Positions 41,222 to 55,495 of a DNA stretch of 64,000 nucleotides are shown here, piece by piece. The notes beneath the pieces are model-generated. The model was not told the DNA's origin, made no database searches, and saw nothing but the letters and a program-made list of their open reading frames with translations. Both the position numbers and the translations under genes were made by a program. The DNA is from Octopus vulgaris (Eukaryota), in contig OX597815.1 in the NCBI GenBank assembly GCA_951406725.2, forward strand, positions 120,714,001 to 120,778,000. Reading direction: 5' to 3'. Position 1 is the stretch's first letter; each line of letters opens with the position of its first letter.

Positions 41222-42051
41222 TCATCATCATCATCATCGTTTAACGTCTGCTTTCCATGCTGGTATGGGTTGGATGGCTTGACAGGGGCTGGCCAAGCAG
41301 GATACTGCACTAGCCTTTTGTGTATGTTTTGGCATATGTTTTAAAGCTGGATGCCCTACCTAACACCAACCATACAGCAGAGTGCTTTTTTATTTCTTTA
41401 TTTCTTTATTGCCCACAAGGGGCTACATACAGAGGGGACAAACAAGGACAGACAAATGGATTTAGTCGATTATATCGACCCCAGTGCGTAACTGGTACTT
41501 ATTTAATCAACCCTGAAAGGATGAAAGGTAAAGTCGACCTCAGCAGAATTTGAACTCAGAATGTAACGGCAGACGAAATACCACTAGGCATTTCATCCAG
41601 CATGCTAATGTTTCTGCTAGCTCTCTGACTGAGTGCTTTTTACAGGACACAAGCACAGAGGAGGTCAGTTTTGGCAACGTTTTTACAGTTGGATGCCCTT
41701 CCAAATGCCAGCCACTTTACAGTGTGACTGGATGCTTTATATGTGGCATCTACACTGGCAGGGTCACCAAGTAACTTGCAAGGCAAAAATCCTTTGAGAG
41801 GAGAGGAGACATACATTTGGGTTCCCTGGTGTAGACTGGAACATTACAACAATTTTGTCCAGGCTAATTCTGAGTCCAAATGCCTTGCAAGAAGCAGAAA
41901 TATGATTTCACAAGTATTTGCATATCATCCGTTGTATGAGTGACTAAGTCATAGTCATCTGCAAATCAGAGACTGGAAAACTTTTGAATTGGCAGCAAAT
42001 TGATGCAGGGGACATACATGCATGCATGCATGCATGCATACATACATACAT

Positions 42052-42118
<67 letters not shown>

Positions 42119-43339
42119 TACACACACACACATACATACATACATACATACATACATACATACATACATACATACATACATACATACATACATACATACA
42201 TACATACATACATACGTACATATTCAATATGAACTAGCATGAAGATCTGTGCTTAATGAACATTTTGGGAGGTGGATATTATATTTGCATTATCAGTATC
42301 TAACATACTACTTAGTACATCATATTTTATCACTTTTTATGCAGTTGTATGCTGTTTCCTTGAAAGTTTTGCCATAGGGTCATCTTCCATTCATTCCTAC
42401 AAAGCCTAAGCCAGTACCATCTAAAGACATATATCTTAAGACATAGGACCTCATGGATCTAGGAGTACATCGCTATACTATATATGCTGTGGTTATGTAT
42501 GTAGGGTCCCTAGCGCATGTTTTATACCCAGGGGTTTATGATGCTATGGAGCCAACTATAGTCTTAGCTTGAATTGTTAATAGTCTGTGTGTACATATTT
42601 TCATATCTGGTTTTCTATCCAAGCCAATAACAATTACTCCATTTCTTGAGTAGTTCTTGCTTTGTCACTTGCTTGTTATTATCATCAATTGCATGGCATT
42701 TCAGCTTTTACCTGCATCCATAATCTTTTCTTCTGAGAATGAAAATTGTGAAAGGGGACGACAGTAGATCATGTGTGATAACATTTGCTTTAATTTTTTC
42801 TTCATTCATATTAAGCAATTATTTTCTAGTAGAAAGAATAATCATACTTTTTTGCACAATATTTTGGTGATGGTAAACCTGTTCAAGTTAAAGGAAATAC
42901 ACAGATATGACTACTGAAATATAGCTGATATACCTGCATACAGCAAGCAGTAATATTTGAATTTTTCTGCCTCTTTCTTCTTGCTAGGGTCAGCTTTGCC
43001 TTTCAGGATCAATAAAAAATGCATTAGTCTCCTTTTTGGCTGCAGGAATGCAGTTCAGATCTCAAGTAAAGGGAAACAGTGGGTGGTTAATATATACTTG
43101 GTGTTTTGACTGCTAGTAAATGGTTTAAAGTTACCTTGTGGCTATATGACAAATCCCTTCATTTGTAAAAGAAAAAAACTGGTTTTTGCAATAGGTGCAG
43201 TCTCTCACAGAGTCAAAGGTGGAATCAGTGCAAGTGGGCTGAAACCTTGTCGAGGAGGAACAGAGTAATGTGATGATCATGTGATGATGTATCTGTCCAT
43301 GAACTTGAAGATATGCATATTCCGAGTAAACTTTACTCA

Positions 43340-43900
43340 GAAGTTATTTGTTGTAAGCAGAATAGTTTCACTGGGCACACTGTTTGATTTCAGCATTTGA
43401 CTGTGACTGCTTGGTGTGATGGTGTATATCTTTTTATTGTAATGTGGGATACTGTCTAGGCATGAATAGCTCACCTTAAAATTACGCACATTAAAAAGAT
43501 TATGATATTTATATAGACTTGGGGAGTGTTGCCTAATTAGGAATACAAAGCTTTTAAACAATGTAAACAGACATTCAGGTTCAATGGAATATTGAACAAA
43601 ATTAACTTTTATCATTTTAACTATCTTTGAGGTGAGAGAATCTTCTATATACACTAATTTCTCAGTGAAACAACTTCTCAATAAAGCTTCATTATAATGG
43701 GGTGTGGTGCTATCAAAAATATTTCTATCTGAGGATAGATTAGAGATTCTTTTGATAAAGATTATAAAATTCCAAATTAGAGCAGTAGGGTGGAACTGAA
43801 TTCCTTTGAGTTTATATGTTCTTCTAGTTAGGTTTTCTATAGAAATATTATTTGCCTGTCCTACAATCTAGAGTAACATTCAAGAAATTGAGTGTTGTTA
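43340..43900 (-). mobile_element. Degenerate Penelope-like element (RT thumb/linker)
   Basis: Minus strand YRKPN...HP...KRISNLSSDRNIFD....YNEAL, then FKSFVFLIRQH.P...KYHNLFN..NFKVSYSC, the PLE KVSYSC linker motif. Confidence 0.75.
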
Positions 43901-44690
43901 GATTGTCAGAAATGGGAAAACTTAAAACCAAATACTTTTAAGATTACAGTAAAGTTCTTCCAAAATTTATCCTTAGCTTGACTGTGCATGTCATATATAT
44001 ATAAAACATACACACACACACACATATGTACCTTAGTTTATACAGTATGTATGTCTGTATGGCTGGATCAATGAATGAGGTTACAAGCTAACAATGTTGT
44101 TAGCCCATTGGACAAAATATTTAGAAGCATTTCTTCCAATCCTTTATGTTCTGAGCTCAGACCACTCCAAGGCCAACTTTACTTTAAGTGTTGAGAAAAT
44201 AAGTACCAGTCAAGTACTAAGGTGGGTCAATATAATTGACTTGACCATTCCTCTAAAATATTGCTGGTCTGGAACCCTGCAACAGATCAGTGTCCCATTA
44301 AGAGGAAGTGCCATGATTTCAGTCAGTTATACACCACAGAAACTAGGTAATCAACCTAATGAAACCTAGAACTCTAGATATATATATATATATATATACA
44401 TGCTCTCTTATACACACTCACGCACACCTTCATCTTGGGATCAGCACTACTTTATTATCTCCCCTCCTTCCTAGCTCTCCTATGTGACCCCTCTGTCTGG
44501 CATTCGCCATGATAGATTGCTAGCCACTATACATTCTTATTTTCTCTCCCTGTTTATTTTTGTGTTCCTTTCTGTGGAAGATTGTAGGCTTGATACGTTA
44601 AAGACTTTTTCATTTCCCAAGAATTAAACTAATACATCTGTTTGTTGTCTACACCACCTGTCTTCGTCTTTCGTTTTTTTGGGAATTCTC

Positions 44691-44744
<54 letters not shown>

Positions 44745-47700
44745 ATACATCCAACACACACACATGTATATTTCTGTGTGTGCGTGCATGTGTGTGTGCG
44801 TGCATGTGTGTGTGTGTGTATACCTCTGCAGTTTTATGCCAAATACTCTTGTTGCATTCAATATGGAGGATTTTTTGTGCCAAATGTTAAAAAAACACAA
44901 CAATAAATTAATTTGAAATATAGCTTAAAGTCTTAAATATGATTTGGTTGCTAATTGAATTTTAGTTCATTATTTAATTATGTGAAATAATTACTCATGA
45001 TTTAGAACAAGCACTGACATAGTTTTAACAAACCATTTCCATACTTTATATTATATTAAAGAAATTATTTCATTTTACTTTTGTTTTTTCATTTTTCTTC
45101 CTTTTATAATTATATTCCCTACATTATTGTTACATTTTTTTCTGAAACATGGCATAAAACCGAGCATTTTCCAAGCTTCTTTTATCTTTTAATATTATTA
45201 AAGCTGTCTAGCCATGTTTGATTAATATTTATAACAATTTAAACTCCAAATGCTCTATGTATCACATTTGTATTTTCTGATAATAACCCAATATTAATTG
45301 TTAGGTTGTGTTCTATCTTCAATAATACTGCTTCTAGAACCCCACCCTCTTAAACTTGAACTTTACTAATGATATTGATTAAATACTGTCCTGAAATTAT
45401 TACTTTAATTGGTAGCAGCTTTCTGCTCCCTGTAATCAAGTGAGGTGTGAAGACTGTTGCATGCATTTAATGGATTTATTCGATTGTAAGTGTTCCGAAC
45501 AGACCTTTAATTCCCATCTTGTCTGTAATTTCTCTACAGATGTTCAAATTGAACATCAATCTTATCAGTCTTCCCAGCCTGGGTTGGCCAACAAAGATCA
45601 TGGCCTACAAAAATCATAGCCTACAAAGGCCATCGCCCATGAAGATCATGAGATACTTTCACTGGTGTTTAAATGCGATGTTGATTTTATAAGTGTTTCC
45701 TCTATTCTTTTAGAGATCAATAGAATAAAGCAATCCTAGTGAAAAGAAGAGCATCCAGTCATAAAATCTTACTCCAAATAAATTCTTACCTAAACCCATG
45801 ACAGCATGAAAAACAGACATTTCAGAGGATGCAGCCAAAACTGTTGTGTATATAGCACAAAACTGCTTTTGCAATGTAAATGAAGTGAAATGATTACAAC
45901 TTGGAGTCAAAAGCAAGTCATAATTTTAAGAATACATTAGAATAAAACCATATTGATAACAATTTAGAGACAGATTGATATATCCATTGGCTAGCAATAA
46001 TTGTAAAAGCAACTGTGTAGCAACAGGTCTGTAACAGCCCAGCAATAGCAGCAGCAACAGAAATATTATCTCTATGTGAATAGACATATAGTGAAATGTT
46101 TTCTTTGTTAACTTTTCTTTCTACCTTGTCTTTTTTAACTTACACATTCTGATTTACACATTTTTACTAAACCTAGTAACTGCTGAAAGTGAATCATTAA
46201 TCAGGTCTTGTTTATTGCTTTGTAGAAGTTATTCAACCCTTTATTTGCTTAATTAAATTCTATGTTTATTTCAATAATGATGTTAAATATCAACCCAAAA
46301 AATAGAAGTGGCATTTTCTGCAAGTTATTTTGCCGCAATAAGCTTCACATATTTCAACAGAAAGTACATTCAAAGATGATATTCCTCAACAGAAGATAGA
46401 CTAGTATATTAAACTGCTTTTAGCAGTTAAGAGTAATTAAAATTTTGAGCAGATATATCTGATTTCTGTAGTAAAAGGGTTAAATGAAGCTCACACTAGC
46501 TCATATAACCTTAGCAGGATAACTATCAACAATAAGGGTTTTTTTTTTATTTATTTCATAGTAACTTATTGTTTGACTGTTATAATGTTTAATTAATGTA
46601 TCAACTGACCCAAATATAGTTTTATCATTGTTTCAAAATATTATTTCCCTAATTTTCTCTGTGAAGTTCATTCAACTGTCCATCCCATAATTCTACTTCA
46701 ATGAAGTGGCTCATTCCCAATCCCAATAAAAGGAGGATTCTTTTCTTTTATCATAAAATGCCATGTTAACTACAAAATATCTTATCACATTCAATAACAT
46801 TAACTTACTTTATCACATTGACTAATGTACAGGAAATATACACTTCAGTACTTATGCGTTGTGCTTGTTCCTGATATAATTCTAGGAAATTTGTAAAAGA
46901 AAGAATTTTGTTGACATATTAAATGTATATATAATATTAACTCTAACAGATCACGTCAACATCCTTGCCACCTTAAATATTCAGCATTTTTATTACATTT
47001 TATCCATGAAAGTTCTATATGTCTGACTTATAAATGATATGATATGTGTCTGCAATTGATATAATTTATGTCTAAGAAGCTTGCTTCCCAACCACATGGC
47101 TCTGGGTTCAGTCCCACTGCGTGGTACCTTCAGAAAGTGTCTTTTACTATAGCCTTGGGCCAATCAAAGCCTTGTGATGGATTTGGTAGATGGAAACTGG
47201 AAGAAGCCCATCATATATATATATATATATATTTGTGTGTATGTGTGTTTGTCCCTGCCACCATCGCTTGACAACCGATGCTGGTGTGTTTATGTCCCCA
47301 TAACTTAGCAGTTTCGCAAAAGAGACCGATAGAATAAGTACTAGGCTTACGAAGAATAAGTCCTGGGGGCGATTTCTTTGACTAGCGCCCTTTAAGGCAG
47401 TGCTTCAGCATGGCTGCAGTCAAATGACTGAAACAAGTAATTAAGAAAAAAGAAAAAAAAGTCACCTGAGCAGAATTTGAACTCTGAATATAATGAGCAG
47501 GAAGAAATGCTGTTAAGTATTTCAAATGATGCACTAATAATTTTGCCAACTCACCACTTTAATAATATTATTTCTACTATAAGCAAAAGGCCAGAGACGG
47601 GGTGAATACAGTCAATTACATTGAACCCAGTGCTCAAATAGTAACTTATTTTATTGACCCTTAAAGTGTGAAAGCAAAACCCACATTGACAGAATTTGAG

Positions 47701-47781
47701 CTTAGAACATAAAGTTGCACGAAAAGCTTCTAAGCATTTTGCACAGTGTGCTAATGACTCTGCCAGCTTGCCACCTTAGAG

Positions 47782-47850
<69 letters not shown>

Positions 47851-47851
<1 letters not shown>

Positions 47852-48047
47852 ATAACAAAAACACCAGGACTTACAAACACATGTAACATACAGAAAATTG
47901 CACTACTAGGCACTGCACACATCCTACGCAGAACACTTTCCATACAATAACCATCAGAGCATCACAACAAATCACAGCACATACCCAAGGCACACAGAGC
48001 TGCGCTCGGTAGTGAAGTGAAAGCACGCTATAAAAATAAAACTACTG
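47851..48047 (+). mobile_element. 3' end of an R4/Dong-like RLE non-LTR retrotransposon in a (TAA)n tract
   Basis: 47852-47950 translates ITKTPGLTNTCNIQKIALLGTAHILRRTLSIQ*, the R4-clade C-terminal QK..LLGTAHILR motif. A ~100-nt 3' UTR follows, and (AAT)n lies directly on both sides. Confidence 0.8.
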
Positions 48048-48376
48048 AATAATAATAATAATAATAATCTTTTCTACTATTGGTACACAGTCTGGATTTT
48101 GTGGGGAGGGGATCAGTCAATCACATCGAACCCAGTATTCAACTGGTACTTAATTTATCGACCCTGAACGGATAAAGGCAAAGTCAACTTCAGTGGAATT
48201 TGAACTCAGAACACAGCAGCTGACGAAATACTGCTAAGCATGCTAAGCATGCTAACGATTCTGCCAGCTCGCTGCCTAAATAATGACAATGTTGTGACTT
48301 GACAAACAGTCCAAACCCACGGTAGACACAATATCTTCAATCAACAACCTCAAGATATTGTATACTGTGTGACATC

Positions 48377-48419
<43 letters not shown>

Positions 48420-49289
48420 GCCCCAGTGCAATACCAGGCAGTGGCTCTCATGGCTTTTGATCTTAACTGATTGGAAGTGTTATCACATATGTTTTGTCTT
48501 GGTATAAAAGATGGTTTACAGCAAATATTCTTCTCAATATCACAGATCTGCTGGTCAGTTGCTTGGCCTTAACCATTTGAACATGTCCCATGGTAGCTGA
48601 TGATATATGCATCTCTGATCATGAGTAGAAATAATGGGGGAATATCAGAGTCATGTGTTGAGAAGAATTCTTCGGGGCTTAAATAATTCACCTCTGGAAA
48701 CATGAGTGTTTCATTCAACATCCCTAAACAACTCTTATTCAAGACCCTTTGAGCAGGATGGGCTACTCGACCCGAAGAAAATTCTAACTAGGCCCCCACC
48801 TGCAAGGTCACAGGCTGTTTATCTTAATATGAAGTCATCATGTCTCACACATATACTCTTTTACTCTTACTTGTTTCAGTCATTTGACTGTGGCCATGCT
48901 GGAGCACCGCCTTTAGTCAAGCAAATCAACACCAGGACTTATTCTTTGTAAGCCTAGTACTTATTCTATCAGTCTCTTTTGCAAGCTACTTACCACACAT
49001 CCACTTCTATGCCTATAAAAAAATGATAAACAACCTTAATCGATTTTTTTAACCTTACTGGGTTCTCATCAGAAGCGTCCATATCATTCTAACAGTCTCT
49101 AAGAGATTTACAAAATTTCCTTCTCACATATTCGTTCACAAGGCATCAAGGTATTGCTATTAGTCAGCCTCAGGCTACAATAGAAAACTTGTCCAAAATG
49201 GAGCTGAAACCAAAAGCCTCTCATACACCCATGCTTGCACCTCCCATATCTGCACCAATATTTACATATATGTATGTACATACATATAT

Positions 49290-49620
49290 ACATATACATA
49301 TATATGTATGTATTCATTCATATATATAGACACACACACATGTGTGTGTGTGTGTATGTGTGTGTGTGTGCATGTGTGTGTTTGTGTGTGTGTTTGCATG
49401 TGCACACATACATATATATGCATGTATTCATTCATATATATAGACACACACACACATGTTTGCATGTGCACACATACATATATATGTATGTATTCATTCA
49501 TATATATAGACACACACACACACACACATGTGTGTGTGTGTATGTGTGTGTGTGTGTGCATGTGTGTGTTTGTGTGTGTGTTTGCATGTGCATGTGTATA
49601 TGTGTGTGGTGTCAATATAT
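49290..49620 (+). repeat. Compound minisatellite, 3 units
   Basis: catacatatatatg(t/c)atgtattcattcatatatatagacacacacaca occurs three times, separated by variable (TG)n spacers. Confidence 0.85.
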
Positions 49621-49752
49621 ATATATACATATATATATATATAGGAAAAATATAAGTTGAAAATGCACTGAGAATAGTGAAAATATTTGAGGCTTTAACC
49701 GGTTTCACAGTTTACACTGATTTTCAAAAAGTTCAAACAGAAAGACATGGCT

Positions 49753-49814
<62 letters not shown>

Positions 49815-49832
49815 TATACATACTTGTATATT

Positions 49833-49898
<66 letters not shown>

Positions 49899-49899
49899 C

Positions 49900-49934
<35 letters not shown>

Positions 49935-49986
49935 CATATATATATACACAACATGCATATATATATATATATATATACATACATGC

Positions 49987-50017
<31 letters not shown>

Positions 50018-51084
50018 TGTATATGTATATTATAAATGTGTAGTGTAGGCATTGTATATAAGACCTTTTGTATGTCATTTGTGGTGTGCAAAAAATCTAC
50101 CCAAAGTAGTATTAGTTTGGAAAGTCTACTAAGACTAAACAATCCGAATTTGTCACAGTGTTTAGTTGATGACTGAGATGTCATAACAAGCATTAAAATG
50201 TTACAGACTACTGCTGAAAGTCGACCAACTTGGCCTTACTCGCATATATTTTTTTCTATAGAACCCTACGGAATTTCTCAAGATAAATTAATTTATGCAT
50301 GATTGTGGAGGATTTATTAGTTAAAATGGCACAGATACAATAAACAAAGTAACTTAGTCTAGTTAGTTCAGTCTTCTTGTTGATGATTTTGAGTTAGGCA
50401 ATCAAATGTTTGTGAGAGGCCTTCTCTTTCAGCAGCATATTAGTCGTTATGTTACATTTCAGTCTGACCTCACACCACATTGTACATTCTGGAACGAAGT
50501 AAATGTTTTGTTGTGTGAGATATATACTTATATAGTGTTATGCTAGGCTAGATACCTTCACGCTGATTTGACATACCCTCTCTTTTATTTTATATATAAT
50601 TTTTGTACATTTTAAAGGTAGATAGGTACAAGTGTGGATGTGTGGTTAAGTTTGCTTTCCAGCCACATAGTTTTGAGTTCAGTTCCACAGCATGGCACCT
50701 TGGGCAATTGTCTTCTTACTATTGCCCCAGACGAATCAAAACCTTATTAATGGATTTGGTGGAAGGAAACTTCTTACTAGTTTAAATATACTTCAGGCAT
50801 ATTTGGTAAGTTGGTCACTGTATTTTGTCATGGAGAAAATTTCTGAGAGAATATATATATATAAAACTGTTACTTTCTCAGATGCAGCACGGAATTTTGT
50901 CTCAAAGCGATGAAAATATTTTGGCAAATTAAATTTAAATGTTAATGTGAATCTAACGGTTTTTGTGGTTCTGAAATGGCTTATAAACACCTTCCACGCT
51001 GCAATTGTTTTCGTTCCAGCCCACGATCTCAGATCAGGTCACTTGCTATACAAGTACATCTCCATAATATACATCTATATATCA

Positions 51085-51183
<99 letters not shown>

Positions 51184-51727
51184 GAACATTGAATTTAGAC
51201 TGGAGCTGCAGCCTTCTGCTCAGAACACGTCGAACCCACCCATGCTATGGAGAACGGACGTTACGACGATGATGATGATGATGATATATATATATATATA
51301 TATGTATATCTGTATTCTTTTATTCTTTTACTTGTTTCAGTCATCTGACTGCAGCCATGTTGGGGCTCTGCCTTGAAGAATGTTAAGTCAAATGTATCAA
51401 CCTCCAATACTTATTTTCATTTTTCAAAGAGCCTGGTACTTATTCTATTGGTCTGTTTTGCCAAACTGCTAAGTTACAGGAACATAAAAACACCAGCACT
51501 GGTTGACAAACACAGGCACAAATCCCCCCCCACTCCCACACATACACACATGTATATCTTTCTACTTATTATTCTGTCCTCCCATGCAATACAGAGGGAC
51601 TGAACCTGAAACAATGTGGTTGGGAAGCAAGCTTCTTACCACACAGCCATACCTGCACCTTATAACCTTATATATATATATATCGTCTTCTAAATGTTTT
51701 GCGTTCTTGTCCCAGTTTGTATTCTTT

Positions 51728-51761
<34 letters not shown>

Positions 51762-52494
51762 TGTATATATGGGGCATGTGATTTTTAAATTCTCCTTCGC
51801 ATAATCCAGTACAGATCTTCTTATCAGTTGTATTATCATTTTGGGTTGTAATAACTTCTGCTTCATATATGATAGATTTAATCGTGCATCATTAGTTAAG
51901 TGGACAGGATCCTGTGTCACAACAATTGCAGCTGGTTTCAAGTTCTTGGTGTTGACTATGTGTAGTGATACTCTTCATTCTGGGGCAGCAGCTATATGAT
52001 AATTTCACAGAACGCCTATTAAATATTTTCCTGTATCAGTAAGTGGCTGGAAAGTGTTTGTCTAGGAGTGACAGGAATATTTTACCAATGTTAGTTTTTA
52101 CATTAAGGGAAAAGAGAGGGGTGAACTAAATAATTTTCCTTGGCCTAATTTTAGGTTTCTTATGCTGATTAATATGAGAGTATCTAAGTACTACTTTATC
52201 TTTGATGCCACTAGATCTATTATTAATATTTTTATTATTAGAGAGATTATATATTAATCTATCTTTGAAGCAACTATTGGTTAGGGCCTTGTTATTAATA
52301 TTAGCTATCAGATTTTTAAATACTACAGGAGGGTGACAAGACTGCTTATGTATATATGTGAGTTATGATATGTGGTTTGTGACTGAAGAATATGTTTGAG
52401 TTCTCCCAACATGTGAAACTATTAGTAGTACTTTAGTACATGTATTGTGACCTTTACATAAATAATATATATATATATATATAGATATAGATAT

Positions 52495-52797
52495 GTGGAG
52501 GTGCAATAGCCCAGTGGTTAGGGCAGTGGACTCGTGGTCGTAGGATTGCAGTTTTGATTCCCAGACCGGGCATTGTGAGTGTTTATTGAATGAAAGCACC
52601 TAAAGCTCTAAGAGGCTCCGGCAAGGGGTGATGGCGATCCCTGCTGTACTCTTTCGCCACAACTTTCTCTCACTCTTTCTTCTGTAGGCCTGCTCACTTA
52701 ACCATCATTTGAAGGCTAAAACAATGTGAAGCGCATTGTGACCAGCCTTGTGTAGCAACATCTGATAGCCTGGTTGGTCACGGTGATCATGGTGATG
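52495..52797 (+). mobile_element. tRNA-derived SINE family C
   Basis: Head GGAGGTGCAATAGCCCAGTGGTTAGGGCAGTGGACTC...TTGATTCCC and tail gcattgtgaccag...ggtcacggtgatc. Related copies at about 60655-60960, 39680-39800(-), 53190-53320(-), 25175-25420. Confidence 0.7.
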
Positions 52798-53813
52798 TAT
52801 ATATATATATATATATGTATATGTATATATTTCATCTGTATTTACGTTTTGAGTTCAAATTCCGCCGAGGTCGATTTTTGCCTTTCATCCTTTTGGGGGT
52901 CAATAAATTAAGTACCAGTAGCGTACCGGGATCAATCTAATCAACTGGCTCCCTCCTCCAAAATTTCAGGCCTTGTGCTTAGAGTAGAAAAGAATATATA
53001 TATAATTAAATGTAATTATATTTATAATTATATAAAAAAAACTTTTTGTACAAGTTTTTTTCCATACCGAAACTACTTGGTAAAATTTATTAATTATCAA
53101 ATTAATAATTCTTTACCCTATATCTGTAATGATATATATATAGTGTGTGAGTTTGTTTGTGTGTCTTTGCCTTCAGCAGAAGTTCGCCATTACCTTCTAC
53201 CAGAGCCCCATGGAGTTTAGGTGTTTTACTCATAAACACACATCACCTGGTCTGATATTCAACCCATGATTTCTCGATCATGAGTCCACTGCTCTAACCC
53301 CTAAGCCATGGGCCTCCACTTATCTAACCATTCATACTTATATATTTCTAAATATTTCAGTGAGTCTATGATTAATAGAGAGGTGGGGGCAGTGAGAGCA
53401 AGTGTGAGCATGCGCACATGCACTTTTGAAACTTTTCACAGTGTCAATTAATAAATCTCATAGTTTATTTTCATTCCTGCTGACCTGGGGTGAAAGTACT
53501 ATAAACAACCATGATGGTAAAATGATACACGTGAAAATTAATTCCTCTCAGGCCTGCCACACTGACAATAAAATCAAAATAAATCCTTTTGCCTATTCTC
53601 TGGCCATTAGCTTTTTGACATGCTAACTTCAAAACCTTTTATTGATACACAGTAGTGTGAGAAACTACAGTCTAATAAGAAAATTAATTACAGAATCAGT
53701 GGTAGTGGTAGGCAAGGCTGGATTCTGTAGAAAAGATTAAAACAATGAGAATATTTATTATGTTAGACATAGCACTAGTTCTCTCTCCCTTTTGTTCATG
53801 TTTTGTTTCCCTT

Positions 53814-53864
<51 letters not shown>

Positions 53865-55306
53865 CCTACCTCTCTCTCCTCTCTCTGGTAAAAATTAAAG
53901 ATCATTTTCATAATACTTTCACTATCCATGTTTTCTTTCTCTTTTTCCTTCTGTTATTCATTAAAAATTGTTTTATGATTTGCTCCACCTCGTCCCCCAT
54001 AAATGCAGTATGGATTGCTGTTATAATACTCAAAATTATCAGAGATTTATTAAAAAAAATTCCACTAGTCTTAATGACTTTGAACAATAGAAGCCTAATT
54101 AATGTTTATTAAAGTTAATTACACTGTAATGGATAATAAATAATCAACTTAAAATATCCATTTCACATGTTGTCCTCTTTACAAACCAAACGAAGACAAT
54201 TCCAAGCAAATTATCAAACTTTCTCCACATAAACATTTATCATCCAAAACATTAATTCTTTGCCGTTATTGCCCAGAGCAAGGCAAGTATTTCCTATTGT
54301 TATTATTATTATTATTATTACTTCTGCAGTAATTACTTATTGTTACTATATATTATTATACATCATCATTACTGCTTTAACGTCCACTTGTTCATGCTGG
54401 CATGAGTTAGACAGAACTTGCTTAGGTGGATTTTTCTATGATTGGATGCCTTTCTTGTTGCTAACAACCACCAGTAACACACACACACACACACACATGT
54501 ATACATATTTATATATGATAGGCTTCTTTTCAATTTCTGACAACCAAATTCACTCACAAGACTTTTGGTTATTCCAAGGCTATAGAAGAAAACACTTGCC
54601 CAAGGTGCCATGCAGTGGGGCTGAACACAAAACCATGTGATTGGAAAGCAGACTTCTTATCACAAAGCTACGCCTGCACTTATATTACGACATTTTATTT
54701 ATCTTTACCACTTTGGGGTGGTGTTTGGAAGGGCATCCAGCTGTAGAAACCATGCCAAAACAGATGTTGGATCCTGACAAACCATGTAACGCATGCTAGC
54801 ATGGAATACAGGCATTAAATGAGGATGATGATTTCACATTTTTCTTTTGAAATTTTGTGCTCCTAAGAATTTTGCCCCTAGGCTGACAAGCCCTGCAGTT
54901 CTACCCATGCTATGCAACTACTTTCAAGACAATAACACAAAATTGAAAAGATTACATCTAATGGAATCATAACATTTTTGTTTCATTCTTATCATCATAA
55001 TTTTAATGTGATCCAAAATAAAAATCTTCCATTAAAATTTCATGTTAATTTTTTCCATGCATAAACTTAAACAACGACAAAATTATTTTACTAAATTACT
55101 CATTATTTTCAAAATTAATTAACAAAGGTGCTGTATTCCAACAGAAGTATAATAAGAGGTTTAACACATAAATTTAAATGGAATATGAAGTTTCCATCAT
55201 CTTAGAAACATTCTGTAGATACAAATGACTACTATTTTTCTCTCAGCCAGTCAGAAATGCAATAATTTTACTTCTTAATACAAAATAATTTTTTTTGTTT
55301 CTGTAG

Positions 55307-55495
55307 GTTTAAACCTGGCTTTATTTCGTGATGAAAAAGGGAATGCTCATGCTTTGAATGCTTACTGTCCACATCTTGGAGCTCACTTGGCTGTAGGAGG
55401 AAGAGTTCTTGGCAATTGTATTGAATGTCCATTTCACGGATGGCGCTTTCGTGGAGACGACGGCAAATGTGTATATATTCCTTATGCTGATAAAA
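55307..55495 (+). CDS. nvd: Neverland/DAF-36-like Rieske cholesterol 7-desaturase, Rieske [2Fe-2S] domain exon (internal, phase 1-1)
   Basis: Polypyrimidine tract with tgtag acceptor and A|gtaagt donor. Translates (G)[62 protein letters not shown], containing the C-x-H-x17-C-x2-H Rieske motif in Nvd-like context. Confidence 0.93.

Noticed and set aside
45540-45692. Acceptor followed by a 50-codon ATG ORF
   Set aside because: No recognisable homology or donor site, so it cannot be supported.
49235-50193. Long ORFs rich in YI/CV/HT repeats (also at 1336, 2198-2660, 8104-8572, 27136-27940, 39760-40201, 41944-42242, 44629-44906)
   Set aside because: These are translations of stop-free (TA)n/(CA)n/(TACA)n microsatellites, not proteins.
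52495-52570. tRNA-like sequence
   Set aside because: It is the head of a multi-copy SINE with a degenerate B box and no proper acceptor stem.
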